Assembly: GCA_039799965.1 (NCBI GenBank)
Contig: JBDLRS010000033.1
Location: forward strand, 180 to 64,179
Direction: 5' to 3'
From: Pseudomonadota bacterium
GTDB taxonomy: Bacteria; Bdellovibrionota_C; UBA2361; OMII01
DNA: 64,000 nt
This document shows positions 31,633 through 41,465 of this stretch, one piece after another. Position 1 is the stretch's first letter; each line of letters starts with the position of its first letter. The notes under the pieces were generated by a model. The model was given only the letters and a program-made list of their open reading frames with translations, was not told the DNA's origin and made no database searches. The position numbers and the translations under genes were made by a program.

Positions 31633-31816
31633 GCAGGGTGGTGAAAAATGATTTTCTGTTGCGCATTTTGATAGTTTGACTGCAACTTCGTTGGAAGCCG
31701 CCGAAAAAATCCTCAACGTATCTAAGTGGATACGCCTCCGGTTTTTTCGTCGTCTCCGCCTCGTTTCGTCAAAACTCTCAAAATGCTCACGACGGAACCA
31801 TTTTTCACCACCCTGC
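31633..31816. mobile_element. MITE-like non-autonomous element of 184 bp, sharing its terminal inverted repeats with the IS at 1309..2621
   Basis: Left end gcagggtggtgaaaaatg and right end catttttcaccaccctgc are 18-bp perfect inverted repeats. The outermost 15 nt are identical to the IS termini. It is flanked by TA|...|TA within a CTAG context and has no coding capacity. Confidence 0.8.
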
Positions 31817-31864
31817 TAGCTGTCCCGTGGCTCGCCACCATAACGAACTTCTCGTAACAAACCA

Positions 31865-32105
31865 CAGCCTGTGGATAACTCTGTGGGAAACTCTGTGGAT
31901 ATCCACAGGATAACTTGGAGGATACTTATCAGGAGGAGCTCGTAAGATCGGAGTTATGTACGAGCGGCATGGTTGTCTCAATCTTATCAACAGACTGCTC
32001 ACAGGAGATCACAGCTTTTCCACAGAGATGTAGTAGATATGTTGATAACTAATATATCTACTTGAAATATATGCTCTTTATGCCGGTAGAGAGTTATCCA
32101 CAGGT
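31865..32105. promoter_or_regulatory. Candidate oriC segment II: dense DnaA-box cluster plus an AT-rich stretch, located between the MITE and the 3' end of trxB
   Basis: TGTGGATAA at 31870-31878. Palindromic pair TGTGGATAT/ATATCCACA at 31894-31907. TTTTCCACA at 32016-32024. TGTTGATAA at 32040-32048. TTATCCACA at 32094-32102. The AT-rich stretch gttgataactaatatatctacttgaaatatatgctc lies at 32041-32077. Confidence 0.6.
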
Positions 32106-32140
32106 TGTATTAAAACGATCGCCTTGTGACGAGCGGTAAG

Positions 32141-33094
32141 CTACTCATGAAGGCTCTCTAGGTATCGCTCCGCGCTGATTGCCGCCTGACATCCTGAGCC
32201 AGCCGCTGTGATTGCTTGTCGGAATACGTGGTCCTGTACATCTCCGCTTACAAACACGCCAGGAACGTTGGTCTCAGGGGAGTCTGGCTTGTGGAGAAGG
32301 TAGCCGTTCTCATCCATCTCGAGCTGTCCCTTAAAGAGTTGGGAATTCGGAGTGTGTCCGATAGCCACGAAGAGAGCGTCCGCTGGAAGGGTAGAGCGCT
32401 CCTTGGTCTTTGTGTCCTCAAGAACGAGAGCGGTAACACCATCCTTCTTGGAGCCCTCAACAGCGACAACACCCTTGTTCCATAAAACCTCAATCTTCGG
32501 GTTCTCGAACACTCGGTCCTGCATGATCTTGGAGGCCCGAAGGGAGTCCCGTCGGTGGATAAGGTACAGCTTGCTGGCGAACCGAGTGAGGAACGAAGCC
32601 TCCTCGCATGCTGAATCTCCGCCGCCTACAACTGTGATAATCTTGTTTCGGAAGAAGGCGCCGTCACAGGTAGCGCAGGTTGAGACGCCGTATCCAAGAA
32701 GCTCACGCTCGTTCTGAGCGCCGATATACTTCGGAGCGGCCCCGGTGGAGATGATAAGGGAGTCGCAGGTGTAGGTGCCGGACTGTCCCTCAAGCTTGAT
32801 CGGGCGTTGGGTAAGATCGGCCTTAACGATAGTGTCTACCGCTATCGTGGTTCCGAACCGTACCGCCTGTTTCTCCATGAGCTGCATAAGCTCTGGACCC
32901 ATGACCCCTTCGGGGAAGCCGGGGAAGTTCTCAACATCGGTGGTGGTCGTTAGTTGTCCACCTGCCAATGGGCCGTGGATAAGGAGGGGGTTAAGGCTGG
33001 CGCGGGCGGTATAGATAGCGGCCGTCAGACCAGCGGGACCTGATCCAAGAATGATTACCTTGTGGTGGTTGGGGTTGTTTGTAGAATCGCTCAT
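32141..33094 (-). CDS. trxB: Thioredoxin-disulfide reductase
   Basis: 317 aa. FAD motif GSGPAG, redox-active CATCDG, and the NADPH-binding GGGDSA. Confidence 0.9.
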   Translation of the reverse strand: MSDSTNNPNHHKVIILGSGPAGLTAAIYTARASLNPLLIHGPLAGGQLTTTTDVENFPGFPEGVMGPELMQLMEKQAVRFGTTIAVDTIVKADLTQRPIKLEGQSGTYTCDSLIISTGAAPKYIGAQNERELLGYGVSTCATCDGAFFRNKIITVVGGGDSACEEASFLTRFASKLYLIHRRDSLRASKIMQDRVFENPKIEVLWNKGVVAVEGSKKDGVTALVLEDTKTKERSTLPADALFVAIGHTPNSQLFKGQLEMDENGYLLHKPDSPETNVPGVFVSGDVQDHVFRQAITAAGSGCQAAISAERYLESLHE

Positions 33095-33124
33095 AGAGAA
33101 TTAGCCTTAAAAACTACGGTCAAC

Positions 33125-34744
33125 ATGCAGAACCATACTAAAATCACTAAACTTCTCATAGCAAATAGGGGTGAAATTGCTCGGCGGGTCATAAAAGCGT
33201 GCTCCGAGAAGGGGATTCAGTCGGTGCTTGCGGTGTCCGATGTTGACGCGGATTCACTCGCGGCACAGGAGGCTACCGAGGTCGCTCGCATCGGTGGCCA
33301 GACCGCGGCCGAATCCTACCTGAATCAAGTGAAGATTATTGAGGCGGCCCGAGCGACGGGGTGTCAGGCGATTCATCCAGGATACGGCTTCCTCTCTGAG
33401 AACGCCGATTTCGCAGAGGCTGTTGGAAAGGCAGGGCTCATCTTTGTTGGCCCATCACCAGATAGCATTCGAGCACTTGGGGTCAAGACGACAGCTCGCC
33501 GAACGGTTTCGGCCGCCGGTGTACCGATTACACCGGGAAGTGAGGGAGCAGAAACGGATGAAGCTCTGATTGAGGCAGCTCGTAGAATCGGATTTCCCGT
33601 TATTATTAAAGCGGCAGCGGGTGGTGGAGGACGTGGGATGCGCATCGTTCGAGCCGCGGCAGAGATGAAGGAATCGATTGAGCGAGCGCGAGCTGAGGCA
33701 CAGAAGAATTTCGGAAGTCCTGAGGTGTACTGCGAGAAGTTCATTGAGGGTCCGCGACACGTAGAGGTTCAACTCTTTGGTGACCAACACGGTAATGTCG
33801 TCCATTTCGGAACTCGAGATTGTTCAGCGCAACGTCGACATCAAAAACTTGTAGAGGAGGCACCGGCGCCCTTTCTTGATGATGATGTGCGGGAGAGAAT
33901 TCATCAGGCTGCGGTAACCGCGGCGAAAACAGTTGGCTACTACAACGCGGGAACCGCGGAATTCCTTGTGTCAGGCCGCGATTTCTATTTCCTTGAGATA
34001 AACACACGTATTCAGGTTGAGCATCCGATTACCGAGATCGTAACGGGTACGGATCTCGTTCAATTGCAGCTCCGTGTTGCGATGGGTGAGAAGTTACCGA
34101 TGCGTCAGAGCGATATCTCCTTTACTGGCCACGCCATAGAGTTGCGGATCAACGCTGAGGATGTGTTTGAGGGATTTCGTCCAGCTCTCGGCACCGTTAC
34201 AAAATGGGAACGAAAAACAACCCCATCGGTTCGGGAAGACTATGGATACAGAGTAGGGGATTCCGTTCCACCTTTTTACGACTCGCTCATCAGCAAGGTG
34301 ATCGTGAGAGGTGAATCACGGCAAGCAGCCCTCTTCAACGCATTTCAATATCTCAAGGGGTATGCCATCGAGGGTGTTCCGACCACGATACCGTTTCACG
34401 CGTGGATACTCGCAAATGGTGACTTTCAAACTACCGGCATTGATATCGGGTATGTTGAGCGAACATTCACCGCGGATGGCGCTCGTGAGGCAGTAACGCT
34501 CCTTGAGACCGATACCGCGCATCGAGAGGGGGATGGGGACACAAGCTATACAGAGATGGTTGAGGTCGTCGGGCCTCAAGGTGCCCGAGTTAAGGTTGAG
34601 CTTGTCCACGAGCCGGGAGGAACGTTTGTCGCCATTCCACTTCAGGGCGAGAGTGCCCGTCGTGAGCAGGCGATGTGGTGTCGATCAAACTCAAGGGCCT
34701 CCGCGCTCACGGGGGTAGAAAGCGCTCTTCGACATTCCAAGTAA
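33125..34744 (+). CDS. Biotin carboxylase (ATP-grasp; AccC/PycA-like) with a C-terminal extension of about 90 aa
   Basis: Strong match to biotin carboxylase throughout (KLLIANRGEIARRVI, GYGFLSEN, IIKAAAGGGGRGMR). The tail (VKVELVHEPGGTFVAIPLQGESARREQAMW) resembles a degenerate biotinyl-domain hairpin without the MKM lysine. Start chosen at ATG 33125, because the track start at 33062 overlaps trxB. Confidence 0.75.
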   Translation: MQNHTKITKLLIANRGEIARRVIKACSEKGIQSVLAVSDVDADSLAAQEATEVARIGGQTAAESYLNQVKIIEAARATGCQAIHPGYGFLSENADFAEAVGKAGLIFVGPSPDSIRALGVKTTARRTVSAAGVPITPGSEGAETDEALIEAARRIGFPVIIKAAAGGGGRGMRIVRAAAEMKESIERARAEAQKNFGSPEVYCEKFIEGPRHVEVQLFGDQHGNVVHFGTRDCSAQRRHQKLVEEAPAPFLDDDVRERIHQAAVTAAKTVGYYNAGTAEFLVSGRDFYFLEINTRIQVEHPITEIVTGTDLVQLQLRVAMGEKLPMRQSDISFTGHAIELRINAEDVFEGFRPALGTVTKWERKTTPSVREDYGYRVGDSVPPFYDSLISKVIVRGESRQAALFNAFQYLKGYAIEGVPTTIPFHAWILANGDFQTTGIDIGYVERTFTADGAREAVTLLETDTAHREGDGDTSYTEMVEVVGPQGARVKVELVHEPGGTFVAIPLQGESARREQAMWCRSNSRASALTGVESALRHSK

Positions 34745-34906
34745 GCGCCTCAGTCGGCCTCTAACGCGCCAAGAATCCTTAGAAATAAAGGAACCGCCAA
34801 ATTCGTCGGGCCTTTTGCGCCTATACCACACGAGGCCGATCCCTTGATTGACTACACCGCTTCGCCTTGTATGCTTGTGGGCGGAAATGCCTGGAAAGGG
34901 GGGTAG

Positions 34907-35872
34907 GTGAAGCAACGTATCGCGTGCGTTCTATTGGTGATGGCGACTCTGTGGAGTGTTCCCACACGCGCGGACACCGCTACGCAGCAAAGCTCGGGGG
35001 AGATCGCTGAATTCGTAAACGGCATCATTAATGAATCGGTGAACGCGAACACCCTCTTCGCTTCGCAAGAGTCGATCGCTACCGGCCGATTCACGCAGCG
35101 TCAAAATGGACAACCCGATAAAGATTACATAACGATCCGGTTGCCTGGTGAGTTCGCCTTTGGCGAGGCAGCTCAGACCGTTCGTCCATTCGTTCAGGGA
35201 AACGGGGCTATGCTGCGGACCACGGCCGGCTATAATTCACCGGACAGCGTCGGAGAGGCTGACTTCACAGTTACATCCCTATTCGCGCTCTCAGCCGGAG
35301 GGGGGGTATTTGTCAAACTAAGCGACTCCTGGACCTTGGCAACAGCAGCCTCTCTTACCTACAACCACATCAAGAATCGGTACGACTTTAATAACCTCTA
35401 CAGCCAGACATCTCTTGAGCAGTATGAGAGCGAGCTCTTCAACTGGAAGATGGATCTCTTTACATACGCGCCGTCGCTCAAGCTTTTCTATCAGCGCGAT
35501 CTGGAGTTCGCCGTGCTCAACTATCAGATCGCCTACACCTATCTCTTTAACGATACGATTAGTGATGATAGCGCGGCGATCGATGTGAATTCTAGCACCG
35601 GGTTGTGTAGCAATAGAGTTGATATGCTTTTCTCAACGGGTGTACAGATCTCAGACTCCTCCGTGTTCATTCGTCCTATGTTTCAGTGGAATAACATTAG
35701 TGGCAACGCTGTGGCGGGGCTTGGATTACGAGACCTCTATGAGGTGGGAGTCGACCTCGTCGCACATGTCCTTGAGGACGACGCTCTCTTATCGACCGTT
35801 ACGGTAGGGGCGAGTTACGTGACGGGTGATAACTTTGAGGGGTATCATCTTGGAGCTGGAGTTACGTTTTAG
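34907..35872 (+). CDS. Putative outer-membrane beta-barrel protein
   Basis: Signal peptide MKQRIACVLLVMATLWSVPTRA, alternating amphipathic strands, and a C-terminal ...GAGVTF ending in Phe. Confidence 0.5.
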   Translation: MKQRIACVLLVMATLWSVPTRADTATQQSSGEIAEFVNGIINESVNANTLFASQESIATGRFTQRQNGQPDKDYITIRLPGEFAFGEAAQTVRPFVQGNGAMLRTTAGYNSPDSVGEADFTVTSLFALSAGGGVFVKLSDSWTLATAASLTYNHIKNRYDFNNLYSQTSLEQYESELFNWKMDLFTYAPSLKLFYQRDLEFAVLNYQIAYTYLFNDTISDDSAAIDVNSSTGLCSNRVDMLFSTGVQISDSSVFIRPMFQWNNISGNAVAGLGLRDLYEVGVDLVAHVLEDDALLSTVTVGASYVTGDNFEGYHLGAGVTF

Positions 35873-35891
35873 CGCGCGATTAGGGGGTGAG

Positions 35892-36755
35892 ATGAGTTGG
35901 TCAGAGACGGTCGCAAACCTTAATGCCCTTATCGCGAAGGGGCCGCCCACACCACAGGCGTTTCAAAAGTTCGTGCTCGGATACTTTAAGAAAAACGGCC
36001 GAGACTTTCCGTGGCGAGAGACAAAGGACCCGTACAAGATCCTCGTGAGTGAGGTGATGCTTCAACAAACCCAGACCGAACGGGTAGTGGTGAAGTACGG
36101 TGAATTTCTTAAAGCGTTTCCAACCTGGAAGGCGCTCAGTACCGCGGCACCCGCTGAGGTTGTGAAGGTGTGGATGGGGCTTGGGTACTACCGGCGAGCG
36201 TTTAATCTGCACAAAGCGGCGCAGTGCGTATGGAACGAGTACGGTGGCGTACCACCGCAGACGGCCGAAGGTTTAAAAAACCTTCCCGGCGTTGGTCCCT
36301 ACACCGCGGCGGCTGTGGCGGCCTTCGCGTTCGATGAACCCGCTCCGATGATCGAGACCAATATTCGCTCGGTCTACTTGTACACCTTTTATTCACAGGT
36401 GTTGGCGGTTAGTGATAAGGAGGTACTTCAAAAGGTCGAGGAGACCCTCTACAAAAAAGATCCTCGCTCGTGGTTCTACGCCTTGATGGACCTTGGCGCA
36501 GAGCTGAAGAAACACACCAAAGGGATTAATCACCGAAGTAAGCACCACGTGAAGCAATCGAAGTTTCACGGCTCCTTGCGGCAGGTGCGAGCGGCGGTGC
36601 TTCGCGCTATCGCTGAAGGTGAGGGTCTTCGACGCGCCGATATATCGCGCAAGCTCTCATACGACGCTGAAAAGATAGAGGCCGCGATCGCGGCGCTTCA
36701 GTCGGATGGATTGATAGAGAGCATTAAAGGCGGGCGGCTCGCGATAGTTGGGTAG
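35892..36755 (+). CDS. MutY-like HhH-GPD DNA glycosylase lacking the [4Fe-4S] cysteines and the C-terminal MutT-like domain
   Basis: Near-identity to MutY N-terminal motifs (PYKILVSEVMLQQTQ, WMGLGYYRRAFNLHKAAQ, LPGVGPYTAAAV). At the catalytic Asp position it reads IETNIRSV, so Asp is replaced by Glu. The protein has a single Cys. A His-rich segment HRSKHHVKQSKFH sits where the Cys4 loop normally is. Length is about 288 aa, against about 350 for MutY. Confidence 0.7.
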   Translation: MSWSETVANLNALIAKGPPTPQAFQKFVLGYFKKNGRDFPWRETKDPYKILVSEVMLQQTQTERVVVKYGEFLKAFPTWKALSTAAPAEVVKVWMGLGYYRRAFNLHKAAQCVWNEYGGVPPQTAEGLKNLPGVGPYTAAAVAAFAFDEPAPMIETNIRSVYLYTFYSQVLAVSDKEVLQKVEETLYKKDPRSWFYALMDLGAELKKHTKGINHRSKHHVKQSKFHGSLRQVRAAVLRAIAEGEGLRRADISRKLSYDAEKIEAAIAALQSDGLIESIKGGRLAIVG

Positions 36756-36902
36756 CTATCCTCAGCTCTCGAAGGAGAACGAGGGTGGTAGGCACCTTGG
36801 AGGGGCATCTATGGGCTCTGACTGCCCGTAGGGTTGGCCGACCTGGGTGAAATAAAATCCCTCATCAAGGTGGGCGATATCGTTGTAAAGAAAAGAAGCG
36901 CG

Positions 36903-37640
36903 TTATCCCACCATCGAAGCCTGAGCCGTTACATCGAACGCGCTCCCGCGCTGTGTGAACTCGTTCTCCCACTGGCTGTGCGCTGAAAGGATGGTTTGTG
37001 CGTACTGAAGGCTTTGCGTTGGAGGCTTCGACCCGCTTCGCAAAGAGAGCACCACGTTCGATGGTCCCCAGTTATATGCGATAAGCACTCGCTCTCGGTT
37101 TCCGTTAAACTTGCGCTCGAGGTACTTGAGGTACGCTATCCCGAGTCGGATATTGGTAGCGGGATCGTGGAGGTCACCGGCTCCCTTGAGATTGATCCTC
37201 TCTCGCTGAGATATGTATTTGCTGGTTGCCGGCATGAGTTGCATGAGACCCTTAGCCCCCCGCGCGGAGGTCGCTCCGTGTCGGAACATACTCTCTGAAC
37301 GGATTACCGCGGCTACGAAGAGGGGATCGTATCCGGCCTTCTCGCTCTCACTGACGATAGTGTGGGCGAGAGCGTGCGTATTTTGTTTCTTTGGATTGTG
37401 TAATCTAATGATATTAGACACAAAAACGGCCTGTTGAGCCCGACGCGTGGCCTTCATCTCCTGTAATCGAGCCTCGTCGTGAACCGCGGCGGTAGCCTCC
37501 TGGGCGGCTCTTTCGGTGAGGTTTTTTTGAGTCAAAAGGAAAACCAGGGTAACGTAGGACGCTACTCCGGCGCACTTCGCGATAGCGTTGAGGGTGCTGA
37601 GAAGGGCTACTGACTTTCTGCGGACTACTGCTCTGTTCAT
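36903..37640 (-). CDS. Lytic transglycosylase (SLT domain) with an N-terminal membrane anchor
   Basis: SLT catalytic region ...ES.F...A.S..GAKGLMQLMPATS... Confidence 0.75.
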   Translation of the reverse strand: MNRAVVRRKSVALLSTLNAIAKCAGVASYVTLVFLLTQKNLTERAAQEATAAVHDEARLQEMKATRRAQQAVFVSNIIRLHNPKKQNTHALAHTIVSESEKAGYDPLFVAAVIRSESMFRHGATSARGAKGLMQLMPATSKYISQRERINLKGAGDLHDPATNIRLGIAYLKYLERKFNGNRERVLIAYNWGPSNVVLSLRSGSKPPTQSLQYAQTILSAHSQWENEFTQRGSAFDVTAQASMVG

Positions 37641-37857
37641 ATCGGCTCTCGCCGTACCTTTACCTATCCCTCCGCCGGTCAGGCGGAATGAGGTGCCTCA
37701 CAAACTGGCACCTCTCACATCCAGATGTGGGGTATGATGGAAAGGTTTCGTTGGAGGGCTTTAGAATCGAGCCTGTCGATGTATAGTTGAGAGTTAAGGT
37801 ATTGAAACCAAGTAGCTATTTATTCGCTACAAGGAGCCCCTAAAAGGGCGTAAGTGC

Positions 37858-39768
37858 TTGATGAGTTGTTCTAGACCTAATCAAATTGTGGTTGTCGGAG
37901 GGGGGCATGCAGGCATTGAGGCCGCATACGCTTCGGCTCGGGCTGGGGTGCCTACCGTCCTCGTTTCGCTACGGCGGGACGGTATCGGTCAGATGTCCTG
38001 TAATCCCGCCATCGGTGGAGTGGGCAAGGGGCACCTGGTTAAGGAGCTCGACGCCCTTGGAGGCCTGATGGGTCGAGCTATCGACGCCACCGGCATTCAG
38101 TTTAAAACTTTGAATTCGAGTAAGGGGGCGGCTGCTCAGGCGACCCGTGCCCAAGCTGACCGTGACCTGTATAAGGGGTGGGTTCAAAAGTTCCTGACCG
38201 GCGTCCCGAACCTCGTCGTCGTAGAGGGAGAAGCCGCCTCGGTCGAGGTTAAAGGAAACGCGGTTGTCGGTGTTCGTCTCGCTGACGGAAGATACCTTCC
38301 CGCTCGAGGTGTTGTGCTTACCACCGGAACCTTCCTTCGTGGCTTGATGCACACCGGACCTGCGCAGACGCAAGGTGGTCGCCTCGGAGATAAGGCGTCT
38401 AACGATCTGAGCGATTCGCTTCGCTCTCTCGGATTCTCCCTCGGTCGACTTAAGACGGGAACTCCGCCTCGTCTCCGTCGCTCAACGATTAACTTTGAGG
38501 GATTGGTAGAGCACCCTGGTGATACTCCACCACCGCTCTTCTCCTTTATGTCGAAGTCGATTAACCGCCAGCAGATATCGTGTTGGCAAACGACGACGAA
38601 TGAGGAGATTCACGACCTCATTAGAGAGAATCGTGCTCACAGCCCGATGTTCAACGGGCAGATAAAATCTGGCGGCCCTCGATACTGTCCATCGATTGAA
38701 GATAAGGTGTTCCGCTTCGCCGACAAGAGGAGTCACCCTGTGTTTCTTGAGCCAGAAGGATTTACCTCGGACATAGTATACCCGAACGGCATCTCCACGT
38801 CGTTGCCGTTTGATATCCAGCAATCGTTCATTCGAAAGATTAAGGGACTGGAGAACGTGGAGTTCTTAGCTCCCGGGTACGCGGTTGAGTACGATTTCGT
38901 GGATCCACGAGAGCTTCTTCCAACCTATGAGACCAAGGGGATCTCGGGACTCTACCTCGCGGGACAGATTAACGGTACGAGTGGCTACGAAGAAGCAGGT
39001 GCTCAAGGACTAATTGCGGGAGCAAACGCGGCGTTACAAATGCTCGGCAAAGAGCCCCTCGTTATCACGCGTGGCCAAGGATACATCGGGGTCATGACCG
39101 ATGACCTCACCACGAATGGTGTTGATGAGCCGTATCGGATGTTCACCTCACGCGCTGAGTACCGTTTAATCCTGCGCGAAGATAATGCAGCCGCTCGCCT
39201 CTGTCCGATCGCCTTACAACATGGATTGTTGAACGAGGAGCAACGCGTCGCTTTTGAGGAGCGCCAAAACGTCTATGAGCGCGCGACGACGTGGCTCTCA
39301 ACGACGTACGCAAAGCCAAGCGATTCGACGAACGCGTGGCTTGAGCAGAAGGGCACGGCGACCCTTAAAGATCGCGCGTCGCTCGCGCAGCTTGTGAAAC
39401 GACCCCAACTCTCGCTCGATGACATCTTGGAGCAGTTCCCGTATGAGGAGCAGCTCTCCACAGATCTTCGTGCGGCGGTAGAGATTGAGTTTAAGTTTCG
39501 AGGATACCTCGATCGGCAAGAGGACGAAGTTCGACACCTCAAGAAGATCGAATCAGAGGTAATTCCGGCTGATTTTCCTTATGAACAGATTAAGCAGCTT
39601 CGACGAGAGGCTGTTGATAAGCTGCGTAAGCACCGTCCCGCATCGATCGGACAGGCGTCGCGTATCTCCGGAATGACACCAGCCACCATCTCTATTATCG
39701 CGATGTATCTGAAGCGGTATCGAGAGGGTGCTTTTGGTGCTGAGTCTTCCGAATTGTCGCCATCGTAA
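37858..39768 (+). CDS. mnmG: tRNA uridine-5-carboxymethylaminomethyl synthesis enzyme MnmG (GidA)
   Basis: 636 aa. FAD-binding [12 protein letters not shown] and full-length GidA conservation. Confidence 0.9.
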   Translation: MMSCSRPNQIVVVGGGHAGIEAAYASARAGVPTVLVSLRRDGIGQMSCNPAIGGVGKGHLVKELDALGGLMGRAIDATGIQFKTLNSSKGAAAQATRAQADRDLYKGWVQKFLTGVPNLVVVEGEAASVEVKGNAVVGVRLADGRYLPARGVVLTTGTFLRGLMHTGPAQTQGGRLGDKASNDLSDSLRSLGFSLGRLKTGTPPRLRRSTINFEGLVEHPGDTPPPLFSFMSKSINRQQISCWQTTTNEEIHDLIRENRAHSPMFNGQIKSGGPRYCPSIEDKVFRFADKRSHPVFLEPEGFTSDIVYPNGISTSLPFDIQQSFIRKIKGLENVEFLAPGYAVEYDFVDPRELLPTYETKGISGLYLAGQINGTSGYEEAGAQGLIAGANAALQMLGKEPLVITRGQGYIGVMTDDLTTNGVDEPYRMFTSRAEYRLILREDNAAARLCPIALQHGLLNEEQRVAFEERQNVYERATTWLSTTYAKPSDSTNAWLEQKGTATLKDRASLAQLVKRPQLSLDDILEQFPYEEQLSTDLRAAVEIEFKFRGYLDRQEDEVRHLKKIESEVIPADFPYEQIKQLRREAVDKLRKHRPASIGQASRISGMTPATISIIAMYLKRYREGAFGAESSELSPS

Positions 39769-39822
39769 CGAGGATTAGTACGCTGGCCGCGCCGTTGTTG
39801 ATGATATCTCCGATAACCACAT

Positions 39823-41232
39823 TTACATCTGGCTCTCCAGCGTCCTTCTTCGACGTTTAGCCCACTGCTCCTTGTTTTCCTGTCGAGCCCGACCGAGACC
39901 GAGCGCGTCTGCGGGAACGTCACGGGTAATGACTGAACCTGCGGCGATGAGTGCGCCATCACCTATCGTGAGGGGAGCGACGAGTGCTGAGTTGCTTCCA
40001 ATAAAGACATCCTTGCCTATCGTTGTGTGCGCCTTGTGGTAGCCATCGTAGTTGCAGGTAATCGTTCCCGCCCCGATGTTGGTGTTTTGTCCAACGACAC
40101 AATCTCCAAGGTAAGTGAGGTGGGATGCCTTCGCTCCGTCGAGCAGCGTGGCGTTCTTGGTCTCAACGAAGTTGCCGATACGACAATGCTCCCCTATCTT
40201 TGAGCCGGGGCGCACGTGAGTGAAGGGCCCGACGCTCGTGTCTCGTCCGATCGTAGAGCTCTCTACGTGGGACCCAAGTTTAATAATCGCCCTCTCAGCG
40301 ATTGCAGAGTCTTTAATAATCGCTGTCCCCTCCACAATCACACCGCTAGCGATCGTGGTGGTTCCGCAAAGCTGAACGTTTGGGCCGATCTGTGCACCTG
40401 GTGCGATGGTAACGGACGCGTCAATAAAACAGCTCCTTGGATCGATGAACGAGACCCCTTCACCTTGAAGTCGCTTGATCTGACGTTGCGCAAGGACGTC
40501 ATTGACGAGTGAGAGTTCGTACGGGGTATTCACTCCCGCCGCCTCAGTTGCGTCAGCAAGAGGGAACGCCGCGACGGTTTGCCCCTCTTTCGACGCTTTC
40601 TCCACGATATCTGTTAGATAGTACTCCCCTTGGGCGTTGTTATTGGTAAGCGCCTCAACGGCTGGTTTAAGAAAGGCTGAATCCACAGCGTAAAAACCGG
40701 AGTTTACCTCGGAGATAAGAGCCTCCTCCGGGTTGCAATCTTTCGCCTCTGTGATTCGGAGGATATTGCCCTTCTCGTCTCGAACAAGCTTCCCGTAGCC
40801 ATTCGGAGGGGGCGCCTTAAACGAGAGCGTCGAAAGGGTCGCTTTCTTAAAGGCGTGGTACTGGGTGAAGATCTGTAAGGTTTCGGTCGTGAAGAGTGGG
40901 TGATCGGCGTAGGTGATCAAGACGGTTCCCGTGAAACCTTCAAGAGCCGACAACGCGCACCGTACGGCGTGTCCTGTGCCGAGTTGTTGGTCTTGAATCG
41001 CGAGCTCGATGGCATGTCCCTTAGCGCTTGCGCTCGTAGCGAGGTACGACTTTAAAACTTCCTGCTTATGGCCCGCCACCACGATAGTTCGAGAAGGTTT
41101 GAGGGGTGCAACCGCGTCGAGGAGGTGGTCAATTAGGGCTTTCTCGCGGGTTCGGGTAAGGGCTTTCGGGAGATCTCCCCCCATGCGCTTACCAGCTCCA
41201 GCCGCCAAAATGATGCAACAAATAGTATCCAT
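39823..41232 (-). CDS. glmU: Bifunctional GlcNAc-1-P uridyltransferase / GlcN-1-P acetyltransferase GlmU
   Basis: 469 aa. N-terminal LAAGxGxRM nucleotidyltransferase motif and a C-terminal left-handed beta-helix hexapeptide repeat region. Confidence 0.9.
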   Translation of the reverse strand: MDTICCIILAAGAGKRMGGDLPKALTRTREKALIDHLLDAVAPLKPSRTIVVAGHKQEVLKSYLATSASAKGHAIELAIQDQQLGTGHAVRCALSALEGFTGTVLITYADHPLFTTETLQIFTQYHAFKKATLSTLSFKAPPPNGYGKLVRDEKGNILRITEAKDCNPEEALISEVNSGFYAVDSAFLKPAVEALTNNNAQGEYYLTDIVEKASKEGQTVAAFPLADATEAAGVNTPYELSLVNDVLAQRQIKRLQGEGVSFIDPRSCFIDASVTIAPGAQIGPNVQLCGTTTIASGVIVEGTAIIKDSAIAERAIIKLGSHVESSTIGRDTSVGPFTHVRPGSKIGEHCRIGNFVETKNATLLDGAKASHLTYLGDCVVGQNTNIGAGTITCNYDGYHKAHTTIGKDVFIGSNSALVAPLTIGDGALIAAGSVITRDVPADALGLGRARQENKEQWAKRRRRTLESQM

Positions 41233-41465
41233 AGTGCCTCGTAAGGTATCACGGTCTAGGCGAGAGAGACACGCCCTGAGTGAGGGACGTTCGCTCCCGA
41301 TGAAATATCTCCCGCCGTAGCCCCCGGCACGCCCCTAAGCTGAGGAACGCACCCGTTTTTTGTGGATTTAAGAGATGACTGTCAAAGGGGCGCAGTTTCG
41401 GTATCGAGCCCCTTTTACCTACCCCACTTCCTTGCTAATTATACGGGGCACCTTAGAGAGGCTTT

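Noticed and set aside
33062-33124. Upstream extension of the biotin carboxylase ORF that overlaps the trxB start by 33 bp
   Set aside because: The conserved biotin-carboxylase N-terminus (MQNHTKITKLLIANRGEIA) begins at the ATG at 33125. The extension has no similarity and would force a head-to-head coding overlap.
36859-36878. 19-nt motif CCTCATCAAGGTGGGCGAT shared 18/19 with 51648..51666, plus short ggtgaaat and ctatg matches nearby; possible intergenic repeat family
   Set aside because: About one such 18/19 match is expected by chance between two strands of 64 kb. The flanking similarities are rearranged in order, so the evidence is insufficient without a genome-wide copy count.
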